Assembly: GCA_965612795.1 (NCBI GenBank) | Contig: CBFDTI010000008.1 | Span: 1-29,262 of the forward strand | DNA: 29,262 nucleotides | Source of the DNA: an uncultured bacterium | GTDB taxonomy: Bacteria > Hydrothermota > UBA3073 > NMUJ01 | Direction of reading: 5' to 3' | Shown here: positions 19,893 to 28,938 of the stretch, in pieces | Numbering within the stretch: position 1 is the stretch's first letter | Layout: each line of letters begins with the position of its first letter | Program-made: the position numbers and the translations under genes | Notes under the pieces: model-generated | The model's database searches: none | Told to the model about the DNA's origin: nothing | The model's input: the letters and a program-made list of their open reading frames with translations, nothing else

Positions 19893-21623
19893 TCACGTCT
19901 TACATTTAATTCTCAAACTACGTAGGCGGTTGAGTGCAGCTGCTATCTCGAAGCGTCTCACGTATGCGAGGTTGTGCGGCTTGATATGTGGGCTAGGTGC
20001 GAGTATATCAAACCCCTTTGTTTTGAGGTCGTGTTCAACTTTATGCATGATTTCGCTCATTGTACGGCTACCATCTACGTAGGTTTTAGCTGCATAGTAT
20101 ATCGCATATGCGATGGTGCGGGTTTGGCTCGTATCTACGAGCTGTTCCACACATGATAGGTCGATCGTGTGACGGCCGAACACTATCTGGTGCTTGCCTT
20201 TTGCTTCCATGCGTAGCTTGTTACCTTTACGTGGATCTATGCCTTCACGTAACGGTATACGTTGACGGATGGGGTTGAGTGGTGGTGCCTCTTCACGGTT
20301 ACGACCGGGATCTACCATCTGTGCTACTTGTTTGGCGGTATGGGTTACATCTTTTGGTAGGTAGCTATCCATCATTATCACTGTATCGGCGACATCAAAG
20401 TAGTCACCGGAGCCACCCATCACCAGTATCGTTGATACACCAAGCTTATCGTAAAGTTCACGTACACGGTCGATGAATGGTGTGATGGGTTCCTTAGACT
20501 TATGTACTAACCGTTGCATGCGGGCATCACGTATCATGAAATTGGTGGCTGAGGTATCTTCATCCACCAGTAACAACTTAGCACCCAATTCAAGCGCTTC
20601 GACAATGTTGGCTGCCTGTGAAGTCGACCCCGATGCGTTATCCGTGGAGAAGCATGTTGTATCGCTACCTGTTGGTAAGTTATGTATGAACCCACTTATA
20701 TCTACACATTGTATGGCTCTACCATCTTCTGCACGTATTTTGACAGTAGCTTCGATGGTTATCACCCATTCCCTACCATCACCCGGTACGTGGTTGTAGA
20801 TACCACGTTCGATAGCTCGCAGTAGGGTGGACTTACCGTGGTAACCGCCACCTACGATGAGGGTGACACCTTTGGGTATACCCATACCACGTAGCTTACC
20901 GTGGTTGGGTGTGTCGAGCTCCAGTTCTAACGAGTGGGGTGCCTTGAATACCACTGCACGGTCGGGTGACATGGGTAGCTCCGATACGCCACTCCTACGT
21001 GGTAGTATCGCACCGTTACCTATGAATGCAACCAAGCCCAACTCTGGTAGCTTATCCCTTATGTAGCTGGCATCCTCGTAGAGGGTGACGAACTCATGTA
21101 GCTCGTCTGTGGGTAGGTTTTTATATAAACATGAATGTTCAATCACTTTGGGTAGCTCGTTAAAGAACATATCCTCTGCTATACGTGCGAGTATCGTCCT
21201 ACCGCGTGCGGGTAGACCCATGACAAACCTAACCTCAAGCTTATCACCTACAATCCGTACGCAGCTACGATCGAGTATCTCCTGGCCACCGGCATCTATC
21301 GCGAATACGCCACTGTTGCCTGAGCCACGTAACCCTTTGGTGTATCTGGTGATCGCCTTACGGAATGTACGTGCTATGTAATCACGTAATGCTATCGCAC
21401 GTTCGTTATTGGAGTACAATGAACTCGGTATACCGGTGTGGGTGAGTGGTATCACTATGCTCACTTTCGATGGTGGTGCGAATGGATCGGCTTGCACATG
21501 ATCGATGTGGAGTATGAAATTGCGGAAATCGTAACTACCTTCGATATCCCTGTACGCTTTGTAACCACGATGATCGATACGGTAGAGTATCTGGCGTAAC
21601 CTGGTCGCTGGATAGATGCGCAT
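19893..21623 (-). CDS. Predicted ABC-class ATPase (COG3044-type)
   Basis: HVQADPFAPPS, GGGYHGKSTLL, IRAEDGR, ASGSTSQAA, DEDTSATNFMIRD. Confidence 0.92.
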   Translation of the reverse strand: MRIYPATRLRQILYRIDHRGYKAYRDIEGSYDFRNFILHIDHVQADPFAPPSKVSIVIPLTHTGIPSSLYSNNERAIALRDYIARTFRKAITRYTKGLRGSGNSGVFAIDAGGQEILDRSCVRIVGDKLEVRFVMGLPARGRTILARIAEDMFFNELPKVIEHSCLYKNLPTDELHEFVTLYEDASYIRDKLPELGLVAFIGNGAILPRRSGVSELPMSPDRAVVFKAPHSLELELDTPNHGKLRGMGIPKGVTLIVGGGYHGKSTLLRAIERGIYNHVPGDGREWVITIEATVKIRAEDGRAIQCVDISGFIHNLPTGSDTTCFSTDNASGSTSQAANIVEALELGAKLLLVDEDTSATNFMIRDARMQRLVHKSKEPITPFIDRVRELYDKLGVSTILVMGGSGDYFDVADTVIMMDSYLPKDVTHTAKQVAQMVDPGRNREEAPPLNPIRQRIPLREGIDPRKGNKLRMEAKGKHQIVFGRHTIDLSCVEQLVDTSQTRTIAYAIYYAAKTYVDGSRTMSEIMHKVEHDLKTKGFDILAPSPHIKPHNLAYVRRFEIAAALNRLRSLRIKCKT

Positions 21624-21720
21624 AAGTTAATAATCGTTTCAGCAGGTTTAGAGTCAACCATACTGGAGACTGTTTATGTATGTTAGGTGTTGTCTATCTG
21701 ATAATTTGGTTATAAAATAG

Positions 21721-23244
21721 ATGATGGAGAATATTGTTAAGGAGTTCGAAACCCCTCAAATATATCCACATCCTGTTAAGTATATAAAAAAGATAGAGAC
21801 ACACTGTTCATGGGTATTCCTGACGGGCGAGTATGCGTATAAGATCAAGAAGCCAGTGAATTATGGGTTTCTGGACTTCTCCACAGCGGATAAGCGTAAG
21901 TATTACACCGTGAGAGAGTACGAACTTAACCGCGAGCTATCACCTGAGATATACCTTGATGTGGTCAAGATAGGGTTTAAAGATGGTAAACTGAACCTAC
22001 AAGGTGAGGGCGATATACTTGAGTACGCACTGAAGATGAAGGAGATGCCACAGGAAAGTATAATGCGTAACCTGCTACAAAAAGATATGGTATCACTTAA
22101 AGAGCTACATATGCTTATCGAGAAGATAGCCAGCTTCCATAAAAGGGCTGAAACCTCGGATGAAATCAAAAAGCAAGGTGCATTTGCAACGGTGAAGTTC
22201 AACTGGCGGGAGAATTTCGACCAGACCGAGGAATTCATAGATGTGACAATAGATGGGACAACCTTCCACAAGGTGAAACAGAGTATCGAAAACTTTATGG
22301 AGAGCCAACAGGAGCTTTTCATCAAACGTGAGGAAGAGGGTAAGATAAGGTTCTGTCACGGTGATCTACACTCGGGTAACATATTCATATACGAAGGTAT
22401 ACCTTACATATTTGATAGGATAGAGTTTAACCTTAGGTTCGCATGCTCCGATACTGCTGCTGATATAGCGTTTATGTTGATGGATCTCGACTTTATGGGT
22501 AAAAAGTATTTTGCGGATTTCGCTGCGGTCAGGTATGCGGAGTTGATGGGGGATTATGAGTTGTTCAAGCTACTCGATTTCTACATGTGTTATAGGGCTT
22601 ACGTAAGGGGTAAGGTGGACAGCTTCCTGTATAGTTCCACAAAAGATGGGGCGGTTCAACAGCGTGCAGCGAAATACTTTATGTTGGCTTCAAAATATGC
22701 GACACAACTTAATAGTGAACCTGAACTGTATGTGGTTTGTGGGTTACCGGGTACAGGTAAGAGTACGGTCGCTGAACTGGTGTCGGGATTGAAGTCCGGT
22801 ATCCACATAAGGAGTGATATTGAGAGGCGGCTCATATTTAAGCTGGATTTCGACAAACATTACTATCGGGATTTCGAGAAAGATGTATATTCACCAGAAG
22901 CTACGTACATGACGTACCGTAAGATGCACGAGATAGCGGATAAGTTGCTCGAGAACCACAAAACTGTGATATTGGATGCTACATACTCAAAGCGTGAGCT
23001 ACTCGATGAGGCGATAAGGGTTGCAACCACCAAAAACGTACCCGTAAAGCTATTGTACTGCAAGACGAGTGACGAGATAGCAAGAGAAAGGATAACAGCA
23101 AAACGTGAAGCTTACGAATCAGATGCTACATGGGCGGTATATCAAAAGATGAAGCAGCGGTTTACACCACCAGCAAACGCGATAGCTGTGGATACATCGG
23201 GTAGTGTGGACGAGTTGAAGGAAAAGTTGCAGAAACTATTGTAA
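21721..23244 (+). CDS. Aminoglycoside-phosphotransferase-like domain fused to a P-loop (gluconokinase-like) kinase
   Basis: IETHCSWVFL..AYKIKKPV..GFLDF, CHGDLH..NI, YRAYVRGKV, GLPGTGKST, RSD..R, SDAT. Start is ATG 21721 or 21724. Confidence 0.9.
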   Translation: MMENIVKEFETPQIYPHPVKYIKKIETHCSWVFLTGEYAYKIKKPVNYGFLDFSTADKRKYYTVREYELNRELSPEIYLDVVKIGFKDGKLNLQGEGDILEYALKMKEMPQESIMRNLLQKDMVSLKELHMLIEKIASFHKRAETSDEIKKQGAFATVKFNWRENFDQTEEFIDVTIDGTTFHKVKQSIENFMESQQELFIKREEEGKIRFCHGDLHSGNIFIYEGIPYIFDRIEFNLRFACSDTAADIAFMLMDLDFMGKKYFADFAAVRYAELMGDYELFKLLDFYMCYRAYVRGKVDSFLYSSTKDGAVQQRAAKYFMLASKYATQLNSEPELYVVCGLPGTGKSTVAELVSGLKSGIHIRSDIERRLIFKLDFDKHYYRDFEKDVYSPEATYMTYRKMHEIADKLLENHKTVILDATYSKRELLDEAIRVATTKNVPVKLLYCKTSDEIARERITAKREAYESDATWAVYQKMKQRFTPPANAIAVDTSGSVDELKEKLQKLL

Positions 23245-23424
23245 AATAGACTCCCCCATTTTTGATAAACATAAAGTGCAGGTCCAGAAAAATTAACTTA
23301 ACTTCTACTTCTCTTAAAAGATGGAAAAAATAAATTTATAAAATTACTTGACCAAAAATTTTCATGATTTATTTTTATATTTTTCCGGGACGCCAAGTGG
23401 ACGGCCCGTAGGTAGAGGGATATA

Positions 23425-23896
23425 ATGCAATATCTAGTAAAAATTTTAAGGGGTCTTCTTATTTCCATAGTTTTAATTCCATGTATTTTTCAAATTTCTG
23501 CCCAAGAGAAGCATCAAACACCCATGGATCTTTTTACGGGTAAGTGGAGTGGAAATCTATGGTTTCAAGCAATGTGTTTTGGGAAAGGATACATCGTTGC
23601 ATACTTCGAAGCTAAAGTAAAGGGAATTGTAATCTTGAAGCGATTGCCTAAGAATTATATTTTAAAAGTAAGAACACCTCAAGCAGTATTGGCTTCTAAA
23701 GGGATTGAATTCCTAACAAAAGTCAACGGTGACACTATTATAACAGTCCTTGAGGGTGAAGTAGGGTTTTCTGACATAAACGGAAAAAATACCGTGGTTG
23801 CGAGAAAAAAATCAGACTTCTACATGCCAGCAAGGGGAATTACCCACCAACGCGGTGTCTATAAATTCGAACATTATACCAAAATGATAGGAATAA
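23425..23896 (+). pseudogene. Degraded exported FecR-domain protein (paralog 1): internal deletion, +1 frameshift, nonsense codons
   Basis: Signal peptide + QEKHQTPMDLFTGKW, then VRTPQAVLASKGIEF..TVLEGEV. Removing one A from the A7 run (23805-23811) gives KNQTSTCQQGELPTNAVSINSNIIPK**E*, which aligns with paralog 2 ENQKSVVNPGGLPSEPVSIDPNQILRWWE*. Confidence 0.8.
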
Positions 23897-23945
23897 AAGG
23901 CGAGGCGGCGACAAAGAAAGGAGGCTATTTTAGGATAGAGGAGCT

Positions 23946-24024
23946 CCTGTTGTATTTGGAGGTTTATTATGGGTGGGATAAACCTTCAAATGTGACAGGT
24001 AAAAATATGGGCGAAATCCACCCA
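23946..24024 (+). ncRNA. Candidate structured leader, copy 1: 23-bp stem with GGGTGG loop complementary to pre-SD CCACCC
   Basis: Arms 23946-23968 / 23977-23999 pair at all 23 positions if G-U is allowed. Loop ATGGGTGG; CCACCCA at 24018-24024. Confidence 0.6.
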
Positions 24025-24037
24025 AAAGGAGGATATA

Positions 24038-24538
24038 ATGAAGGGCAGCTTTGTAATAATGTTTGTAATGATAGTATGTGTTGCAGTTGTATTTTTAACT
24101 AACTGCGCAACGGTGGGGAAAAAGGTTCCAGCTCCTTTGGAGGAGGCGCTTACAGAACCCAAGGTCGAAGTGCTGGAAGTGAAGGTTGAAAAGGTAACTT
24201 GGATCTCGCAAGTATGGGGAGAAAAGGTTTATGGTGTTAATATAACGGGTAAGGCGGTATATCACCCAGCTAAGGTTGGGGGTAAGAGTTTCGTTGAAGC
24301 AACAAAAGGTAAAGAGTTTTATTTTGATTTCTACGATTCTCAAGGATTAAAGTTACCCCTTCAGGTAAGTTTTAACGCTCAAGAGGGTAAATGTGGGCCA
24401 AATGGTATGCCAGAAAATGTTGTGCCTGGAGAACCGTTTACATTCGAAAAAAGAGCAGGAATTGCGAGCGAGGATGAACCAGATAGAATAGCGCTTTGGG
24501 AAAGAATCGCTACTACTAAATTTGTGAAATGGGAATAA
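24038..24538 (+). CDS. Hypothetical lipoprotein (166 aa)
   Basis: SD AGGAGG at 24027-24032; hydrophobic signal peptide ending in lipobox-like LTN-C. Confidence 0.8.
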   Translation: MKGSFVIMFVMIVCVAVVFLTNCATVGKKVPAPLEEALTEPKVEVLEVKVEKVTWISQVWGEKVYGVNITGKAVYHPAKVGGKSFVEATKGKEFYFDFYDSQGLKLPLQVSFNAQEGKCGPNGMPENVVPGEPFTFEKRAGIASEDEPDRIALWERIATTKFVKWE

Positions 24539-24595
24539 AGGAGATGGTTGTAGACAAGGGGTTCACGGGTTGGTAAAACAAAGTGCTGCCGCCTC

Positions 24596-24669
24596 GCCTA
24601 ATACAGGCTTTGCGGCTCGCCGTGTTCGCCCAAATGCTTTGCACTTCGCAAAGCCCGAAACCGTTAGGC
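24596..24669 (+). mobile_element. Integron attC-like recombination site (74 bp)
   Basis: R'' GCCTAAT (24596-24602, one change from RYYYAAC), inner inverted repeat GGCTTTGCG (24606-24614) / CGCAAAGCC (24647-24655), R' GTTAGGC (24663-24669). It lies after a stop codon and is followed by SD + ATG. Confidence 0.72.
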
Positions 24670-24698
24670 GAAACGGCAACAAAAAGAGGAGGTAATTT

Positions 24699-25699
24699 AT
24701 GGAAAGATATTTAATATTACTTCTTCTGGTGATTTTAGAGGTTTCTCAAATCTTTGCACAGGACAAGCAGAAAATACCGAGAGGTTTTTTAAAGGAAAGT
24801 GGGGAGGGGTTATCTCTGGCAAAATAAAACTTGCACAGGAAAATGAAATCTTACCTTTTTATTTAGAACTAATTGGTAATACTGGTGATAGCACAGCGCA
24901 ATTAAAACTCAATGCAGTTCGTTTTGACTCAGATTTAAAAACTTGTGATTTAGTAAAAAAGCCTATTGTTGTTTTTGATTCTCAGGCTCCTTGTGGAATT
25001 TTTTCCAAGATTAGTCCACCAGTTTTTACTATTAATTTTTCGCAGGATTTTGGTAAACGTGTAGCTAAAGGTATGAAACTTGATCCTTGCGGTAATTATA
25101 CTGGGTTCAATACATTTGCTGCATATCAGCTTGCTTTTGTCACAGGGTTTGAAATGGAACCCAAAAATGAAAATCTTATAATTCTTAGTGATAGAGAGAA
25201 AACATTAGCATGGAAAGGAGGTAATGCAAGAGGCAAACTACACAGAATCTATGTAAGAAAAGATTCTTTAGGTAAAACCGTTCACGTAAATGAATTAATA
25301 AAGACTAATAAATTCACTCAACGGGAGATCGTTGTTCCAGATGTGGGAGAAGTTATTGTTAGACCAAATTCAGAGTGTAAGTTTTCTGACGAAGATGAAC
25401 TTAATCAAGCTTGGGGAGAAATTATGGAGAAAATAGAAAAACTCCCACCTGATTATGATTTTAAAGTTCGTTCTCCACAAGCCGTCTTAAGTGTTAGGGG
25501 AACGCAATTTATAACGAGGGTAGAAAAAGATGGCACTACAACTTTGACTGTTCTTGATGGTGAAGTTGAATTTTCAGACATACAAAAGAGAAAAACTGTA
25601 TTGGTGAAGGAAAATCAGAAGTCAGTTGTCAATCCTGGTGGATTGCCTTCTGAACCGGTATCCATCGACCCTAACCAGATTCTAAGATGGTGGGAATAA
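24699..25699 (+). pseudogene. Exported FecR-domain protein (paralog 2) with a 1-nt frameshift near 24778-24790
   Basis: SD GAGGAGGT, ATG 24699, signal peptide ...IFAQDKQKIP. The frame of the 25073 ORF is open from at least 24782 (FFKGKWGG...). C-terminal VRSPQAVLSVRGTQF..TVLDGEV FecR motif. About 333 aa if repaired. Confidence 0.82.
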
Positions 25700-25717
25700 G
25701 TGGCGATGTGGCGGCAA

Positions 25718-25796
25718 CCATATTACATCCGGGTTTTATTAAAGGGTGGGGTAAAACTGCTGGATGTGATATGGGAAATAACAAAAACACCACCCA
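25718..25796 (+). ncRNA. Candidate structured leader, copy 2
   Basis: Arms 25718-25740 / 25750-25774 give 23 pairs with a 2-nt bulge. Loop AAAGGGTGG; CCACCCA at 25790-25796; SD at 25799-25804. Confidence 0.6.
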
Positions 25797-25809
25797 AAAG
25801 GAGGTAATC

Positions 25810-26295
25810 ATGATGAAGCACAAAATCGCCGTAATGATGGTGGCACTTGTTGCAATCGCGGTGTTGGTAAGTAATGTAGGCGAACTAAAAGCACAAGTGC
25901 CTGGGCAGCTTTCCCCGGAACTTATGGAATTCGTATCCGAGTGGGGCGTATTATATTCCATGGCACCAGTTATTCCAGCATTACTTGACTATAACGACAT
26001 GCTTTACGAAGGTAAGAAAGTGACTGTTAATGAATGTGTCGAGTTTGACAAAGCAATTGGCACAATTGCCAGTGTGATGAAAAAGGCATGGGCTGGAATT
26101 AAAGATGCAACTATAAAGAAGGAGATGCAACTTCTGGCAGATGATTATATCAATGCGTCCAAACTATATGCAGACTACCATAAGACTGGTAAAGAAGAGT
26201 TTAAAAATAAGGCGGATGAACTGCTTGAGTCGGCAGATAAACATTGGGACAATGTAAATAAATACATAGAAGATAAGATAGGAGGAGAAAAGTAA
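25810..26295 (+). CDS. Hypothetical secreted alpha-helical protein (161 aa)
   Basis: SD AGGAGGT before ATG 25810 (preferred to 25687); signal peptide MMKHKIAVMMVALVAIAVLVSNVGELKA. Confidence 0.8.
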   Translation: MMKHKIAVMMVALVAIAVLVSNVGELKAQVPGQLSPELMEFVSEWGVLYSMAPVIPALLDYNDMLYEGKKVTVNECVEFDKAIGTIASVMKKAWAGIKDATIKKEMQLLADDYINASKLYADYHKTGKEEFKNKADELLESADKHWDNVNKYIEDKIGGEK

Positions 26296-26338
26296 ATAAA
26301 GTGAGCCGTAAGGCAGGTAAACAAAATGCCGCCGCATC

Positions 26339-26380
26339 GCTTAAATGCTTCACATTTCGCAAAGCATGGTAGTATTATTG
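26339..26380 (+). mobile_element. Collapsed, degenerate attC-like remnant
   Basis: TCGCTTAAATGCTTCACATTTCGCAAAGC matches the 24594-24654 site with its left inner arm deleted. The upstream flank GGTAAACAAAATGCCGCCGCATCGC is homologous to GGTAAAACAAAGTGCTGCCGCCTCGC. Confidence 0.55.
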
Positions 26381-26414
26381 AAATTGCCATAGTGGTTTAT
26401 AGAGAGGAGGAAAG

Positions 26415-28925
26415 ATGAAAAGGCTATTATTTGTTGTTATCTTTGCCTTCTTATTTGGTTTACCCATTCGGACATACGGACAATGGGCTACTGAGTTCGT
26501 GGATACGGTTGGAGATGTTGGATTCGCATGTGCTATTACAGTGGATGCAAATGGCTATCCTCATATCAGCTACAGGGATGGTAGCCGACGACTCAAGCAT
26601 GCCCACTGGGATGGTTCTTTATGGCAGATAGCATTCGTTGAAACTACTGACGGTGTCTCTTGGGTCACCTCTATTGCCCTTGACGGGCCTGGAAATCCCC
26701 ACATTGCCTTTGGCAAGAGAATTTTGTGTCCCCAACTCTGGCATGCCTGGTGGGATGGTGCTAACTGGCAACAGGAGGGGGTAGATTCTTTACCCTGGAA
26801 TGGGGATGTCGGCGAGTGGAATTCTATAGCATTTGATACAGACGGCTATCCCCATATTGCATACACATACTCCACCTATGGAGGAGTTTGTTATTTAAAG
26901 TATGCTTACAAAGATGCATCAGGCTGGCATACCCAGATTGTAGACAGTCTTGTGAATGATGTATATAAGTATATCTCCTTAGCATTGGATGGAAATAACA
27001 ATCCCCACATAAGTTACTATGATTGGAGCACCTGCGATTTAAAATATGCGCGGTTTGAATCTGGAACCGTGGATACACAATGGAGTAGAGTGTATGGAGG
27101 AAGTAGCGGGGATTGGCTTTATGGGATAGAGACTATGGATGATGGTGGATACATTACCTGTGGGTTTACATACTCTTTTGGGGCAGGGAATCAGGATTTA
27201 TGGATTCTTAAAATTGATGAAAACGGGGATACCTTATGGTCATACACTTACGGTGGTTGGGGAAATGACAGAACCTATGATGATTTGGAGAAGACAGATG
27301 ATGGGGGATATATAATAAATGGAACAACACATTCCTTTTCTCCTGATGGGACTCATGCTATGTGGCTTGTGAAACTTGATCCCACAGGTCAAATTGAATG
27401 GGACAACAGTTTTTCAACAGGTCAACCTTATGATTATGGTGAGAGTGGTGAGGCCATTCAAACATTTGATGGTGGCTATATTATAGCAGGTTCTTCCTTT
27501 TCCTGGGGTCATGCAACATCCGTAGGCTTTGTTGTTAAAACCGATTCTACTGGTAACGAGATATGGAGAAAAACATTCGGACTTCCTGATAGCCATACTC
27601 AACTCTTTGATGTAATCCAAGCACAGGATTCAGGGTACCTGTTTGTGGGACAAACCAACGCTTATGGTGCAGGTAACAATGATATGCTTATCTTGAAAAC
27701 AGACCATTTGGGAGATTCTGTATGGGCCAAAACTTACGGAGGAACAGAGCAAGACGGTGCAAGGGAGATATTGCCCACAGAGGATGGGAACTATTTAGTA
27801 ATAGGTTATACCCACTCTTTCGCACAGTACTCTTCTGCTATCTGGCTTTTGAAAATAAATCCCGATGGTGATACACTATGGTCAAGGATATACGATTACT
27901 GGTATTCAGCAGGTGTTAATGATATGGAGAATACCAGTGACTCCAATTACATAATAGTTGGCTCATGCATTCCTGACTCCTCAGATAGTGCCCATGTTCT
28001 GTTAGTCAAAATTACACCCAATGGTGATACATTATGGACGAAATATTCAGGTGGTGATGGCTTTCAAGCTTGGGGGTCATCAGTTGTTCAAACCATAGAT
28101 CAGGGGTACATTACTGTGGGTGGAAAAAGAAATTATGGAAGCACTGATGCAGATGGATATCTGCTCAAATTCAATTATACTCCGTCTTTCTGGCATATTG
28201 AGAGGGTGGATACTACAGGTGGTGTAGGTGCATATTCTTCTATTGCACTGGATAGTTTTGACTACCCTCACATAGCTTATATGGATGGCACCAATTACGC
28301 GGTTAAGTATGCAAGATGGGATGGTTCAGCTTGGCAGATTGAGACAGTTGAATCGGATATTGGATATGGATTTTATACCTCGCTTGCTCTTGATGCAAAT
28401 GACCGTCCACACATTAGCTCTGGTGAATATGCGGGCAGGCTAAGATTTGCCTGGTGGGATGGTTCGGATTGGCAAATTGAGGTTGTGGACAGTACCGTCT
28501 GCTGTGGCTGGACATCACTTGCTATTGATGATAGTGGTTATTGCCATATTGCTTACTATAATGGTGGGTTTGGGGATCTTAAATATGCCAAAAGAATCCC
28601 TACTACAAGTGTAGAAGAAAGGGAGGCTGCTTCCCATCCTATTCCGGGGATTCCTCAACTAGCACAGAATTATCCTAACCCGTTTAATTTTGCCACTTCT
28701 ATCCAATATATCCTCCCGAGGGGCGGATTTATACGACTCGCCATCTATAATATCTCAGGTCAACTTGTAAAGACACTAGTGCACGGTAAACAACTCGCTG
28801 GAAAGTATACCATCACTTGGAACGGAAAGGATAAGCAAGGTAGGAGCGTTAGCAGTGGGGTCTACTTTTACTGTTTAGAGATGGGTGATTTTAAGAGTAC
28901 AAGGAAGATGCTGTTATTGAGGTAA
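26415..28925 (+). CDS. Secreted double beta-propeller-like repeat protein with C-terminal FlgD-Ig/T9SS type A-like sorting domain
   Basis: Signal peptide; 7 repeats of SIALD..PHI.Y..LKYA.WDG and 7 repeats of DTLW...YGG..DGGY; C-terminal QNYPNPFN...IYNISGQLVKTL...WNGKD..G..VSSGVYFY. Confidence 0.9.
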   Translation: MKRLLFVVIFAFLFGLPIRTYGQWATEFVDTVGDVGFACAITVDANGYPHISYRDGSRRLKHAHWDGSLWQIAFVETTDGVSWVTSIALDGPGNPHIAFGKRILCPQLWHAWWDGANWQQEGVDSLPWNGDVGEWNSIAFDTDGYPHIAYTYSTYGGVCYLKYAYKDASGWHTQIVDSLVNDVYKYISLALDGNNNPHISYYDWSTCDLKYARFESGTVDTQWSRVYGGSSGDWLYGIETMDDGGYITCGFTYSFGAGNQDLWILKIDENGDTLWSYTYGGWGNDRTYDDLEKTDDGGYIINGTTHSFSPDGTHAMWLVKLDPTGQIEWDNSFSTGQPYDYGESGEAIQTFDGGYIIAGSSFSWGHATSVGFVVKTDSTGNEIWRKTFGLPDSHTQLFDVIQAQDSGYLFVGQTNAYGAGNNDMLILKTDHLGDSVWAKTYGGTEQDGAREILPTEDGNYLVIGYTHSFAQYSSAIWLLKINPDGDTLWSRIYDYWYSAGVNDMENTSDSNYIIVGSCIPDSSDSAHVLLVKITPNGDTLWTKYSGGDGFQAWGSSVVQTIDQGYITVGGKRNYGSTDADGYLLKFNYTPSFWHIERVDTTGGVGAYSSIALDSFDYPHIAYMDGTNYAVKYARWDGSAWQIETVESDIGYGFYTSLALDANDRPHISSGEYAGRLRFAWWDGSDWQIEVVDSTVCCGWTSLAIDDSGYCHIAYYNGGFGDLKYAKRIPTTSVEEREAASHPIPGIPQLAQNYPNPFNFATSIQYILPRGGFIRLAIYNISGQLVKTLVHGKQLAGKYTITWNGKDKQGRSVSSGVYFYCLEMGDFKSTRKMLLLR

Positions 28926-28938
28926 TTGGTAATGGAAG

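Noticed and set aside
23386..23412. GGGACGCCAAG...GGCCCGTAGG resembling part of a c-di-GMP-I riboswitch
   Set aside because: The upstream GGCAAA/GAAA-tetraloop stem is absent; the preceding sequence is a T-rich tract.
23885..23890. TGA-TAG at the position of Trp-Trp, suggesting stop-codon reassignment
   Set aside because: TGA and TAG end many intact genes in this window, and this gene is otherwise degraded.
23812..24102. C-terminal part of the 225-aa ORF 23425..24102 as real protein
   Set aside because: It is read-through after a frameshift and crosses the hairpin and the next gene's start.
25718..25774. Long hairpins as attC sites or intrinsic terminators
   Set aside because: They have no AAC...GTT core ends and no U-tract, and they lie directly upstream of an SD.
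25687..25809. N-terminal extension of ORF 25687..26295
   Set aside because: It overlaps the FecR stop and the hairpin; the SD and signal peptide point to ATG 25810.
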